A stretch of 32,000 nt of DNA from Nonlabens ponticola (GTDB taxonomy: Bacteria > Bacteroidota > Bacteroidia > Flavobacteriales > Flavobacteriaceae): positions 660,001 through 692,000 of the forward strand of contig NZ_CP034549.1 of NCBI RefSeq assembly GCF_003966335.1, in the 5' to 3' direction. The notes beneath the pieces are model-generated. The model searched no databases, had not been told where the DNA came from, and was given only the letters and a program-made list of their open reading frames with translations. Position 1 is the stretch's first letter. Each line of letters starts with the position of its first letter. Below are positions 16,322 to 25,452 of the stretch, piece after piece. The position numbers were made by a program, and so were the translations under genes.

Positions 16322-17962
16322 ATGAAAAAAATATTGAGTTACATAACGATGGTTTTTGCCGTCGTTTTTGTTCTAACGTCATGCGATAATGACCCAGTAG
16401 AAATAGGTGGTGGATTTTTAGGGATCGACGTAGACGGATTAATTATTGAAGAGGAGTTTCCTGTACGAGCTTTCAGTACACGATTGAATCCAGTACAAAC
16501 TAACAATTATGCAAGCCCTGTTAGTGGGCCATCGACCGTTCTAGTGGGTAAATATGAAGATCCAATTTATGGTACTTCTAATTATGACTTTGTAACACAG
16601 TTAAGTATTCCTACAGCAAATCCAGAGTTCTCTGAAAATGCAGAGCTTACCAATGTAATTTTAACCATTCCTTACTATTCTAGATCTGTAGGACAAGATG
16701 GTGAAGAAACTCTGTATGAACTTGATTCTGTTTATGGTGGTGGTGAAATCAAGCTAAAAGTTTTTGAGAACAGGTTCTTCTTAAACAGCTTTGATCCGGA
16801 TAATCTTACTGATGCAGCGATCTATTATTCAGACGACGATGATCGTATCGAGAATAATCTGGGTGATGAGATTATTGAAGACCTGACCTTTACTCCATCA
16901 AACGATGAGGTACAAATAATGGATGAAGATGATGATGGTGTAGAATTTGTATTAGAGCGATTGTCACCACGACTGCGCCGCGAGCTGGATACAGAATTTT
17001 GGGAAGAGCGTATCTTCAATAGATTCAATACTAACGACTTCTCTAGCGATAGTAATTTTCAAAACTTCTTTAGAGGATTGTATTTTCAGCTGCAGGATGA
17101 CAGTGAGAATAGCATGATGTATCTCAATCTTAATGATGCTAGTGTCGATCTGGTGGTTGAAGATAGTTTTGTTGATGAGGACGACCTGGATGGTGATGGT
17201 GATACTACAGAGGTTATTGAGCTCAATAGTACAGTAACATTATCATTTTCAGGTAATGGGATAAATTTCATTGAGCATGATTTTCCTGATGAAATAGAAG
17301 ACCGCATTGAGGAATCAGCTGATGGCGAAGACGATGAAGATGGAGCCGAGTTCCTATTCCTTAAAGGTGGACCTGGTGCAATTACTTTCATCGATTTATT
17401 TGGAGCGGACACTGATAGCAATGGTGAGGCTGATGCCCTGACAGAGTTTTTAACAAGGGATGTCAGCATCAATGACGCTAGTTTAGAATTTTTTGTTGCT
17501 GTAAATGATTTTCAAGATGCAGACGATGCAGATAATGGTGGTGATACAGAACCTGAGCGCATTGTGATTTATGATTTTGTGACCGGTAATTTTTTGGCAG
17601 ACTTTGAAGTTACAGGCGCTGGTCTCAATGCTAACACAAACCATTTAGGTAGACTAGAAAGAGATGACGATGATAGTGATGATATTGGTATTAAGTATCG
17701 AATTAGATTGACAGACCACATTCAGAGTATTGTTAATGGAGATCGAGAGAACAATAGGTTAGCCCTACAAGTTTCTCAAAATGTATCTTTGATAGGAAGA
17801 TCTGCTGTTCGGGATCAGGACGAGCCATTTGAAATTGAAGAAATTTTAAGCGGTGCTGCCATTTCTCATGAGGGCACGGTCTTATTCGGTAGTGACGTTG
17901 ATGGTGAAGATCGTGATAAGCGACTCGTGTTGAAGATTTTTTACACAGACGCTACCAACTAA
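16322..17962 (+). CDS. DUF4270-like lipoprotein, extremely acidic
   Basis: The lipobox is VLTSC. Long D/E-rich tracts are present (DEDDLDGDGDT, ESADGEDDEDGAE, DADDADNGGD, RDDDDSDD). Its position between the GlgA-like gene and glmS is, from memory, typical of Flavobacteriaceae. Confidence 0.55.
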   Translation: MKKILSYITMVFAVVFVLTSCDNDPVEIGGGFLGIDVDGLIIEEEFPVRAFSTRLNPVQTNNYASPVSGPSTVLVGKYEDPIYGTSNYDFVTQLSIPTANPEFSENAELTNVILTIPYYSRSVGQDGEETLYELDSVYGGGEIKLKVFENRFFLNSFDPDNLTDAAIYYSDDDDRIENNLGDEIIEDLTFTPSNDEVQIMDEDDDGVEFVLERLSPRLRRELDTEFWEERIFNRFNTNDFSSDSNFQNFFRGLYFQLQDDSENSMMYLNLNDASVDLVVEDSFVDEDDLDGDGDTTEVIELNSTVTLSFSGNGINFIEHDFPDEIEDRIEESADGEDDEDGAEFLFLKGGPGAITFIDLFGADTDSNGEADALTEFLTRDVSINDASLEFFVAVNDFQDADDADNGGDTEPERIVIYDFVTGNFLADFEVTGAGLNANTNHLGRLERDDDDSDDIGIKYRIRLTDHIQSIVNGDRENNRLALQVSQNVSLIGRSAVRDQDEPFEIEEILSGAAISHEGTVLFGSDVDGEDRDKRLVLKIFYTDATN

Positions 17963-17975
17963 AAAAAATAATTTT

Positions 17976-19823
17976 ATGTGTGGAATCGTAGGATACATAG
18001 GTAAGCGTGACGCTTATCCAATAGTGCTTAATGGACTCAAAAGACTAGAATATCGCGGATATGATAGCGCTGGTATTGCGCTTTACGACGGTGAACTGTT
18101 AAATGTCTGCAAGACCAAAGGAAAAGTTTCTGACCTAGAGATAAAGATGCAAGCGGCATCTGTCATACATGGAAATATTGGTATAGGCCATACACGGTGG
18201 GCAACACATGGCGTTCCTAATGATGTTAATTCTCATCCACATTATTCCAACAGTGGTAACCTTGTGATCATTCACAATGGTATTATAGAGAACTATGAGC
18301 CACTTAAGAAAGAGCTCATCAATAGAGGCTTCAATTTCAAATCAGATACCGATACAGAGGTATTGATCAATTTGATTGAAGACGTTAAGAATCAAGAAGA
18401 CGTAAAATTAGGTAAGGCTGTACAGATTGCATTGAATCAAACCATTGGTGCATATGCCATTGCTGTGTTTGATAAAAACAAACCCAATGAGATTGTAGTA
18501 GCACGTCTAGGATCACCGCTTGCCATCGGAGTTGGTGAAGACGAATTTTTCATCGCTAGTGACGCGAGTCCATTTCTTGAATTTACTAAGAATGCTATCT
18601 ATCTAGAAGATGGAGAGATGGCTGTTGTACGCACGCACAAAGATTTAAAGGTTCGTAAGATTCATGATGATTCTCTTGTAGATCCTTACGTTCAAAAGCT
18701 ACAAATGAATCTCGAGCAAATCGAGAAAGGTGGTTATGATTCATTCATGCTCAAGGAAATCTATGAGCAGCCGCAAGCAATAAAAGACACATTTAGAGGC
18801 CGTATGCTAGTCGATCAAGGATTGATCAAGATGGCTGGTGTTGACGATCACATAGATAAGTTCCTGAATGCAAAACGTATTCTAGTGGTAGCTTGTGGTA
18901 CTAGCTGGCATGCGGGATTGGTAGCCGAGTATATTTTTGAAGAATTAGCGCGCATACCTGTTGAGGTAGAGTACGCATCAGAGTTTAGATACCGCAATCC
19001 TGTTATTAATGAAGACGATGTGGTGATTGCGATCTCACAAAGTGGTGAGACAGCAGATACCATGGCGGCGATCAAACTTGCCAAAGAAAATGGTGCTTTC
19101 GTATTTGGCGTGTGTAATGTAGTAGGTAGTTCTATCTCTCGTGAGACTCATGCCGGCGCTTATACGCATGCCGGGCCGGAAATAGGTGTTGCATCGACTA
19201 AGGCTTTTACTACTCAAATTACTGTTTTGACCTTGATTGCACTGCAACTAGCCAAGAAAAAGGGTAAAATTTCAACGTCGCAATTTCATAATTACCTAGT
19301 TGAGTTAGAAAGTATTCCTAGTAAAGTCAAGGATGCCTTAGAAAGTAACGACCACATTGAACAAATTGCTAGCGTTTATAAAAATGCCAAAAACTGTCTC
19401 TACCTAGGTCGAGGATTCAACTTTCCAGTGGCTTTGGAAGGTGCGTTGAAACTCAAGGAAATAAGCTACATTCATGCAGAAGGTTACCCAGCCGCCGAAA
19501 TGAAGCACGGTCCTATTGCTCTCATTGACAGCGATATGCCTGTAGTTGTCATCGCTACTAAAAAAGGTCATTACGAGAAAGTTGTGAGTAATATTCAAGA
19601 AATCAAATCTCGCGAGGGAAAAATCATTGGTGTGGTAACACAAGGTGATATAGATGTTCGTGGACTTGCGGATCATGCGATCGAGGTTCCAGATACGCTA
19701 GAATTTTTAACACCACTTCTTACAACGATTCCGCTGCAGTTGTTGTCCTATCACATAGCGATTGCGCTGGGTAGAGACGTCGATCAGCCGCGTAATTTAG
19801 CAAAGTCGGTGACCGTAGAGTAA
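17976..19823 (+). CDS. glmS: Glutamine--fructose-6-phosphate aminotransferase (isomerizing)
   Basis: It has the N-terminal nucleophile MCGIVGY, GHTRWATHG, two SIS domains (ISQSGETADT) and the C-terminal LAKSVTVE. The length is 615 aa. Confidence 0.97.
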   Translation: MCGIVGYIGKRDAYPIVLNGLKRLEYRGYDSAGIALYDGELLNVCKTKGKVSDLEIKMQAASVIHGNIGIGHTRWATHGVPNDVNSHPHYSNSGNLVIIHNGIIENYEPLKKELINRGFNFKSDTDTEVLINLIEDVKNQEDVKLGKAVQIALNQTIGAYAIAVFDKNKPNEIVVARLGSPLAIGVGEDEFFIASDASPFLEFTKNAIYLEDGEMAVVRTHKDLKVRKIHDDSLVDPYVQKLQMNLEQIEKGGYDSFMLKEIYEQPQAIKDTFRGRMLVDQGLIKMAGVDDHIDKFLNAKRILVVACGTSWHAGLVAEYIFEELARIPVEVEYASEFRYRNPVINEDDVVIAISQSGETADTMAAIKLAKENGAFVFGVCNVVGSSISRETHAGAYTHAGPEIGVASTKAFTTQITVLTLIALQLAKKKGKISTSQFHNYLVELESIPSKVKDALESNDHIEQIASVYKNAKNCLYLGRGFNFPVALEGALKLKEISYIHAEGYPAAEMKHGPIALIDSDMPVVVIATKKGHYEKVVSNIQEIKSREGKIIGVVTQGDIDVRGLADHAIEVPDTLEFLTPLLTTIPLQLLSYHIAIALGRDVDQPRNLAKSVTVE

Positions 19824-19845
19824 ACAAGTTCATAAAATACTATCA

Positions 19846-19874
19846 AGCCTCATTCATACAATGGGGCTTTTTTT
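19846..19874 (+). terminator. Rho-independent terminator after glmS
   Basis: The stem AGCCTCAT / ATGGGGCT has 8 bp including one G-U pair, with the 7-nt loop TCATACA. It is followed by a run of 7 T. Confidence 0.6.
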
Positions 19875-19882
19875 ATGGTTAC

Positions 19883-19896
19883 GCTTTCGCGAAAGT
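19883..19896. repeat. One-mismatch copy of the palindrome (TTACGCTTTCGCGAAAGt), intergenic
   Basis: Read directly. The left arm carries the TTACGC extension seen at 28696. The right arm has diverged after AAAG. Confidence 0.8.
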
Positions 19897-20150
19897 TGAC
19901 TCTTTCTAGGCCTGGCAGTAAGCCTGACGTCTTTCAATATATCCAGACCATTGTTATTTTGGCGTTCGCTCTAATTCAATAATAAGTTAGCGCAGTGTTG
20001 CACTTAGCGAAAGAGTAGTATTTAATAGGTTCAAATTTATTTATTTTCAATATCTATATAGAGTACAACTTCACGCTAACAAGATTGTTGCAATGAATTA
20101 GACAGTAAAAAAAATGATATATAATATGCAGTGTAGATTGTGTTGATTTT

Positions 20151-20164
20151 GCTTTCGCGAAAGC
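20151..20164. repeat. GCTTTCGCGAAAGC palindrome copy, intergenic
   Basis: Read directly. The right flank GGAATTGTAAACCA (20165-20178) resembles the flank of the 13656 copy. Confidence 0.95.
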
Positions 20165-20236
20165 GGAATTGTAAACCAGCAACTCCACACATAAAAACTC
20201 CGGAAAGCAGCTCAAAAAAAATCGAAAATTCCATTA

Positions 20237-20265
20237 TTGATATAAAATCGAATGCAGTATCTTTG
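20237..20265 (+). promoter_or_regulatory. Candidate Bacteroidota sigma-A promoter for atpDC (TTG-N18-TATCTTTG)
   Basis: The -33 TTG is at 20237-20239 and the -7 box TATCTTTG is at 20258-20265. This predicts a ~57-nt leader to the atpD ATG. Confidence 0.4.
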
Positions 20266-20319
20266 CGCCACTGAAAAACGGCTGTTAAAGTCGTATGTTT
20301 TAAAGCTTTAAAATAGTAA

Positions 20320-21831
<1,512 letters not shown>

Positions 21832-21847
21832 CATAAGTTTACAATAA

Positions 21848-21873
21848 CAGTTTACAGTAAGTACTGTAAACTG
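21848..21873 (+). other. Perfect inverted repeat (hairpin) in the atpD-atpC spacer
   Basis: The arms are CAGTTTACAGTA / TACTGTAAACTG, giving a 10-bp stem with a 6-nt loop when folded. No T-run follows. GTTTACA is also repeated directly at 21836 and 21850. Confidence 0.4.
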
Positions 21874-21899
21874 ATTACTGAAACTGAAAACTAAAAAGT

Positions 21900-22175
21900 A
21901 TGTTTTTAGAAATAGTTACTCCAGAAGAGACTTTGTATAGCGGTGATGTGGAATCAGTATCGGTTCCTGGTGTTGATGGGCAATTCCAGATGCTAGATCA
22001 TCACGCACCTATCGTCTCTTTGCTTGTAAAGGGTGCTGTGAAGATTTATGGCAATGTGCAATTAGATCCAGCAGTAGCTACTAAGTTTACTAAAGGTGAT
22101 GGTACAACAGATTACTTAATCACTGGTGGCGTTCTAGAAATGAATGATAATAAAGCGATTGTACTAGCCGACTAG
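21900..22175 (+). CDS. atpC: F0F1 ATP synthase subunit epsilon (short form without C-terminal helices)
   Basis: The sequence is MFLEIVTPEETLYSGDVESVSVPGVDGQFQMLDHHAPIVSLL. It is 91 aa and sits directly downstream of atpD. Confidence 0.85.
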   Translation: MFLEIVTPEETLYSGDVESVSVPGVDGQFQMLDHHAPIVSLLVKGAVKIYGNVQLDPAVATKFTKGDGTTDYLITGGVLEMNDNKAIVLAD

Positions 22176-22200
22176 GTTTACAAATCATATTTAAACTAAC

Positions 22201-22228
22201 AACGCTTCGATTTTATCGAGGCGTTTTT
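22201..22228. terminator. Hairpin terminator shared by convergent atpC and the XRE gene
   Basis: The stem ACGCTTCGA / TCGAGGCGT has 9 bp including one G-U pair, with the loop TTTTA. TTTTT follows on the plus strand. It lies between the two convergent stop codons. Confidence 0.6.
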
Positions 22229-22253
22229 GTTTCACAATCATTTGATTTGGTGG

Positions 22254-22460
22254 TTATTCTTTCCTGTATTTTAGAATGTCGCCAGGCTGACAATCCAGTG
22301 CTTCACATATTGCCTCTAGCGTCGAGAAACGCACTGCTTTAGCCTTACCTGTTTTCAGTATGGAAAGGTTAGCCGTCGTGATGCCTACAATATCTGCGAG
22401 CTCATTGCTTTTCATGCCTTTTTGCGCTAGTACCACGTCAAGATTGATGTTTATGGGCAT
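22254..22460 (-). CDS. Small XRE-family helix-turn-helix regulator (YozG-like, 68 aa)
   Basis: The HTH is MKSNELADIVGITTANLSILKTGKAKAVRFSTLEAICEALDCQPGDIL. It is the last gene of a 3-gene operon, with a 1-nt gap to the upstream gene. Confidence 0.85.
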   Translation of the reverse strand: MPININLDVVLAQKGMKSNELADIVGITTANLSILKTGKAKAVRFSTLEAICEALDCQPGDILKYRKE

Positions 22461-22461
22461 A

Positions 22462-23001
22462 TTAGACAGTTAGGTCGTTTTCTTTCCTTATTGTGACCGC
22501 TTTATGAATGACTTCGCCCATGACATAAAGAAACAATCCAAATATGCAGGCCTTGATTAATGATATTGCACTAAACTGTGGATCAACTTTAAGTTGACCT
22601 GAAGAGCTCAAAATGTATTCTATTAAATGAGTTAATTCGTTTAATATAGGCGTTACCAAGAACGCTAAGAAATAATAAATACTAGCTTGTTTAAAATGAT
22701 GGGCATTAGATTCCGTGAAATACTCGTGGTGTTTAAAAGAAAGAGCGATGTAGATTAACGAGTCGCATGCCTTCAAACTCATAATACAAGTCAGAAAATA
22801 ACCACCAGTCATTATTCCTTTCCAAAGCGTATCAGAAAAATATTGATCCTTGATGTATATAATTGATTCAGAAGGTATGGTCATGTATGACGCATCAAAG
22901 AATGCGTCCATAGTGAATAAAAAAGCTAGGACTCCACATCCAGCAATGAGTAAAAACCTCAGAAATTTTAGCAGACCAATAAACAGATTGAGAAATTTCA
23001 T
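22462..23001 (-). CDS. DUF2975-like 4-TM membrane protein
   Basis: It has four hydrophobic helices and the C-terminal tail IRKENDLTV typical of DUF2975 partners of YozG-like regulators. The family call is from memory. Confidence 0.6.
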   Translation of the reverse strand: MKFLNLFIGLLKFLRFLLIAGCGVLAFLFTMDAFFDASYMTIPSESIIYIKDQYFSDTLWKGIMTGGYFLTCIMSLKACDSLIYIALSFKHHEYFTESNAHHFKQASIYYFLAFLVTPILNELTHLIEYILSSSGQLKVDPQFSAISLIKACIFGLFLYVMGEVIHKAVTIRKENDLTV

Positions 23002-23003
23002 AA

Positions 23004-23843
23004 TTAGATGGTTAGGTCGTTTTCTTTTTTAAGTATCGATGCTTTAATCAAAACTTTTGATAGATAGCTAAGAATTATGGATACAAAAGCAAGGAAATAG
23101 GCAATGTAAAAGAGCGGTTTATAAATGAATAAGTTTGCTGTGTTATCTAAAAGCCTATGCTCAACGATGGAGTAAATAAATAGCAAGATAGCCGTCACGA
23201 ATAAGAATCTTCCTGCCATCTTTAAATGCATGATGGGCTTGACACCATACAAATCTCCATCAATCATATGTTGACACATATTGTATAGATTTTGTGCTGC
23301 AAATGCTGCACATAAATAAATCATGCACCACATTAAGATAGCTACTATTATGCTAAACGCAGATACTACCGTTACATCATAACCAATTATACTCGTTGAA
23401 TCAACATTGTAATAATAATCTAGTACCATACCTGCAACAGGTATCATAGGTAAGATCCAAATAAGGAACAACATTCTACCAGACGTGGCAATCCTTGAGT
23501 CAAGATAGCTCTGAGGTATTCTTACCATTGATTTCTGCTGCTGTTTCATTTGATAAAGTCGTATCAAATATCCTAATGAGCCAACAAACACACCAAACAA
23601 ACCCAAATAATTGATTGTAGAAGAAGATTGGCTTATCTCAGTACCAATTGCTTGATAAATTAGAAGGGCAGACCCTATGCCAAAAGCCGTTTCAAAAATC
23701 AGTAATTGATTGTGGTAGTTGGCTTTGATCAATGATCCTTTTGAATTTTTCAGCGATCTTTTCGCGCCAATGGCACGAGCTATTTGCACACAGATTAATA
23801 AGGCAATTGCAATCGGAAATACAGTGTGAGGTGTCAAAGTCAT
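23004..23843 (-). CDS. DUF2975-like membrane protein with ~110-aa extra N-terminal TM region
   Basis: The C-terminal tail LKKENDLTI is paralogous to the downstream gene. A 25-nt block at the 3' end and junction is 23/25 identical between the two genes (22461-22485 vs 23003-23027). Confidence 0.6.
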   Translation of the reverse strand: MTLTPHTVFPIAIALLICVQIARAIGAKRSLKNSKGSLIKANYHNQLLIFETAFGIGSALLIYQAIGTEISQSSSTINYLGLFGVFVGSLGYLIRLYQMKQQQKSMVRIPQSYLDSRIATSGRMLFLIWILPMIPVAGMVLDYYYNVDSTSIIGYDVTVVSAFSIIVAILMWCMIYLCAAFAAQNLYNMCQHMIDGDLYGVKPIMHLKMAGRFLFVTAILLFIYSIVEHRLLDNTANLFIYKPLFYIAYFLAFVSIILSYLSKVLIKASILKKENDLTI

Positions 23844-23859
23844 ATTTTAGATGTTGACA

Positions 23860-23889
23860 CAAACATATTACATAATCATTGAAAAACAA
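23860..23889 (-). promoter_or_regulatory. Bacteroidota-type promoter for the DUF2975-DUF2975-XRE operon (TTG-N19-TATGTTTG)
   Basis: Read on the minus strand, TTG is at 23889-23887, followed by a 19-nt spacer and TATGTTTG at 23867-23860. The -7 box ends 16 nt upstream of the ATG at 23843. Confidence 0.5.
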
Positions 23890-23913
23890 TAACTACTTAT
23901 TGAAAAACAATAA
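23878..23913. promoter_or_regulatory. Tandem 15-bp direct repeat ATTGAAAAACAATAA x2 (21-bp period), candidate operator
   Basis: The perfect copies are at 23878-23892 and 23899-23913. Each contains the dyad ATTG-N5-CAAT. The promoter-proximal copy covers the -33 TTG. Confidence 0.5.
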
Positions 23914-24453
23914 TTATCTGCTTTTATTGAACTCCTGAGCAAACCAATTAAAAGTCTCATTTGCCTGATTGACAATTTTGTCTTGCTGCTCTTTTGAGAA
24001 GTCTACAGCTTTCATTTCTTTCATAAATTGTCGCCAGCGCATGGCGCGCTGCGGTGTGCCAGCTGCATAAAATTGCTGGTCTGGTAAATGAGCTAGGTGC
24101 TCGCATTGCTTGATATGCTGGGCAATCATGGCGCCACCCAGTAAAGAACCCTCGATCACGTATTTGATGCCCAATTGGTTTTCTATAGTTGCGCTTTGAG
24201 GTTTGTAAGATCTTGGAGTAAATGTAGGATCGATAGCTTGCAGGTCTGCTAGTATCCATGCAGCTATGCTGTTGTTTTGTGATGAGGATAGATGAGATTC
24301 TGCTTTCGCGTAAGCGTGATAATTTGCCTGTAACAGCTTTTTATATTGAGAAAGAGTAATTGAGTGATCCATGATGCGATGGGCGCCACTTACTTGCTCC
24401 AGATCAATGTGCGCTGGTCTGGTTTCTTCTCTCAATCTATTGAGTATGCTCAC
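23914..24453 (-). CDS. bphO: Heme oxygenase (biliverdin-producing, BphO-type)
   Basis: The N-terminus LNRLREETRPAHIDLE includes the proximal His context. It is 179 aa. The GTG start overlaps the upstream TAG by 1 nt. It is the last gene of the phytochrome operon. Confidence 0.7.
   Translation of the reverse strand: MSILNRLREETRPAHIDLEQVSGAHRIMDHSITLSQYKKLLQANYHAYAKAESHLSSSQNNSIAAWILADLQAIDPTFTPRSYKPQSATIENQLGIKYVIEGSLLGGAMIAQHIKQCEHLAHLPDQQFYAAGTPQRAMRWRQFMKEMKAVDFSKEQQDKIVNQANETFNWFAQEFNKSR
24302..24315. repeat. One-mismatch copy of the palindrome (GCTTTCGCGtAAGC) inside bphO
   Basis: Read directly. It is translated on the minus strand as AYAKA in NYHAYAKAESH. Confidence 0.7.
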
Positions 24454-25016
24454 TATTTGATGATGGTTTTTAAGCGATCGCCGATGTTTGAGAGCAATTT
24501 TGTATAATACTCCTGTGTGGTTTCTTGCTTATCATCTGCCATCGCTGCTTCTTTGAGCAAGCTGTGGATTTCTTCTAGTTTTTCTCGCTCTTGACGCTCG
24601 CGCTCCAGCTTGTCAAAAAGTCTTGATTTTTCGACTATAAGTCTTTCTAATATCGGCTCCAGCTTTTCATGAAGGTTGTTGATATCGTTTTTAAGTAAAT
24701 ATGCAGAGGCTCCTTTAAGGACTGCGTTTGCGGCTAGTTCTTCATCATTGAGCGTACCTGTAATCATTACGATGGGCACTGCTGGATAAATGTCCTTGAC
24801 GTTCTCAATCACGTCCATACCTGTAAATCCTACAAGAGCATAATCTGTAAATACAAAATCTGGTATAAAGGTCTTGAGCGCATGCCTTACTTTGAGAATG
24901 CTATCACACATTACAATTTCTGGATCGCTAATGGTTTTGCGCACCTGTCGCTGTATGAGCGCAGCATCTGTAATGCTATCCTCAACTATAAGAATCTTGA
25001 GTTTCTTGTCTATCAT
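24453..25016 (-). CDS. Response regulator: receiver domain plus ~65-aa charged coiled-coil tail, no DNA-binding domain
   Basis: The ATG at 25016 (MIDKKLKILIVEDS) lies 1 nt after the upstream TAG. Receiver residues are VEDS, the FTDYAL acceptor Asp, MITGT and YLLKN. The tail reads EKSRLFDKLERERQEREKLEEIHSLLKE. Confidence 0.8.
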   Translation of the reverse strand: MIDKKLKILIVEDSITDAALIQRQVRKTISDPEIVMCDSILKVRHALKTFIPDFVFTDYALVGFTGMDVIENVKDIYPAVPIVMITGTLNDEELAANAVLKGASAYLLKNDINNLHEKLEPILERLIVEKSRLFDKLERERQEREKLEEIHSLLKEAAMADDKQETTQEYYTKLLSNIGDRLKTIIK

Positions 25017-25017
25017 T

Positions 25018-25452
25018 CTAATTAAGATTAAGGTGCAGCCAATAATGCAAGGTCTCCTTAAGGACATCCTTGAGATTACTATAGCTTGACGGTTTCACTA
25101 AATAACTATTTGCTTTGTGCTTGTAGGCACTTATGAGGTCGTTGGGGTGTGTACTAGAGCTCAACATCACTTTAGGCACGCGATCAAATTCTTGTTTCTT
25201 CTCCATGATCTCCAGCACTTCAATACCTGAAATCTTAGGCATCTTGATATCTATAAACATCAGATCTGGTCTGTGACGTAATAATTCACCATTTTCAAGC
25301 ATACGTAAAAGCTCATCAGCATCAGTTATGCTCAATATCTCTATATAAGGGAAATCTTTTGCTATGACACGTTTCATTAACGCAATATCTTCCTCGCGGT
25401 CTTCAATAATGACCACTTTTTTAGTGGTCTGGTCTTTATTTAATTCCTCCAT
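25018..25452 (-). CDS. Single-domain response regulator (Rcp1-like phytochrome partner)
   Basis: Motifs seen are VVIIEDREEDIAL, DLMFIDIKMPKISG, VPKVMLSSS and ANSYLVKP. The start overlaps the bphP 3' end by 17 nt. Confidence 0.85.
   Translation of the reverse strand: MEELNKDQTTKKVVIIEDREEDIALMKRVIAKDFPYIEILSITDADELLRMLENGELLRHRPDLMFIDIKMPKISGIEVLEIMEKKQEFDRVPKVMLSSSTHPNDLISAYKHKANSYLVKPSSYSNLKDVLKETLHYWLHLNLN

Noticed and set aside
17086-17472. A 128-aa Ser-rich ORF, plus a 67-aa ORF at 16825-17028, antisense to the DUF4270-like gene.
   Set aside because: It is the mirror image of GAT/GAA-rich acidic codon runs on the sense strand. It lies entirely inside a better-supported gene and has no start context of its own.
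17963-17975. A possible glmS ribozyme or riboswitch leader.
   Set aside because: Only 13 nt separate the upstream stop from the glmS ATG, so there is no room for a structured leader.
20169-20177. TTGTAAACC next to a palindrome copy. From memory it resembles an E. coli-type BirA operator half-site.
   Set aside because: No inverted partner (GGTTTACAA) lies at a suitable distance. It sits upstream of atpD rather than a bio gene, and the same flank accompanies the palindrome copy at 13656. It therefore belongs to the repeat.
23957-24259. A 100-aa alternative-frame ORF inside bphO. Similar internal or antisense ORFs occur at 13500-13796, 26274-26579, 18848-19084, 3681-3956 and 4212-4484.
   Set aside because: All are nested within longer ORFs that carry recognisable family motifs. 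They show no independent signals.
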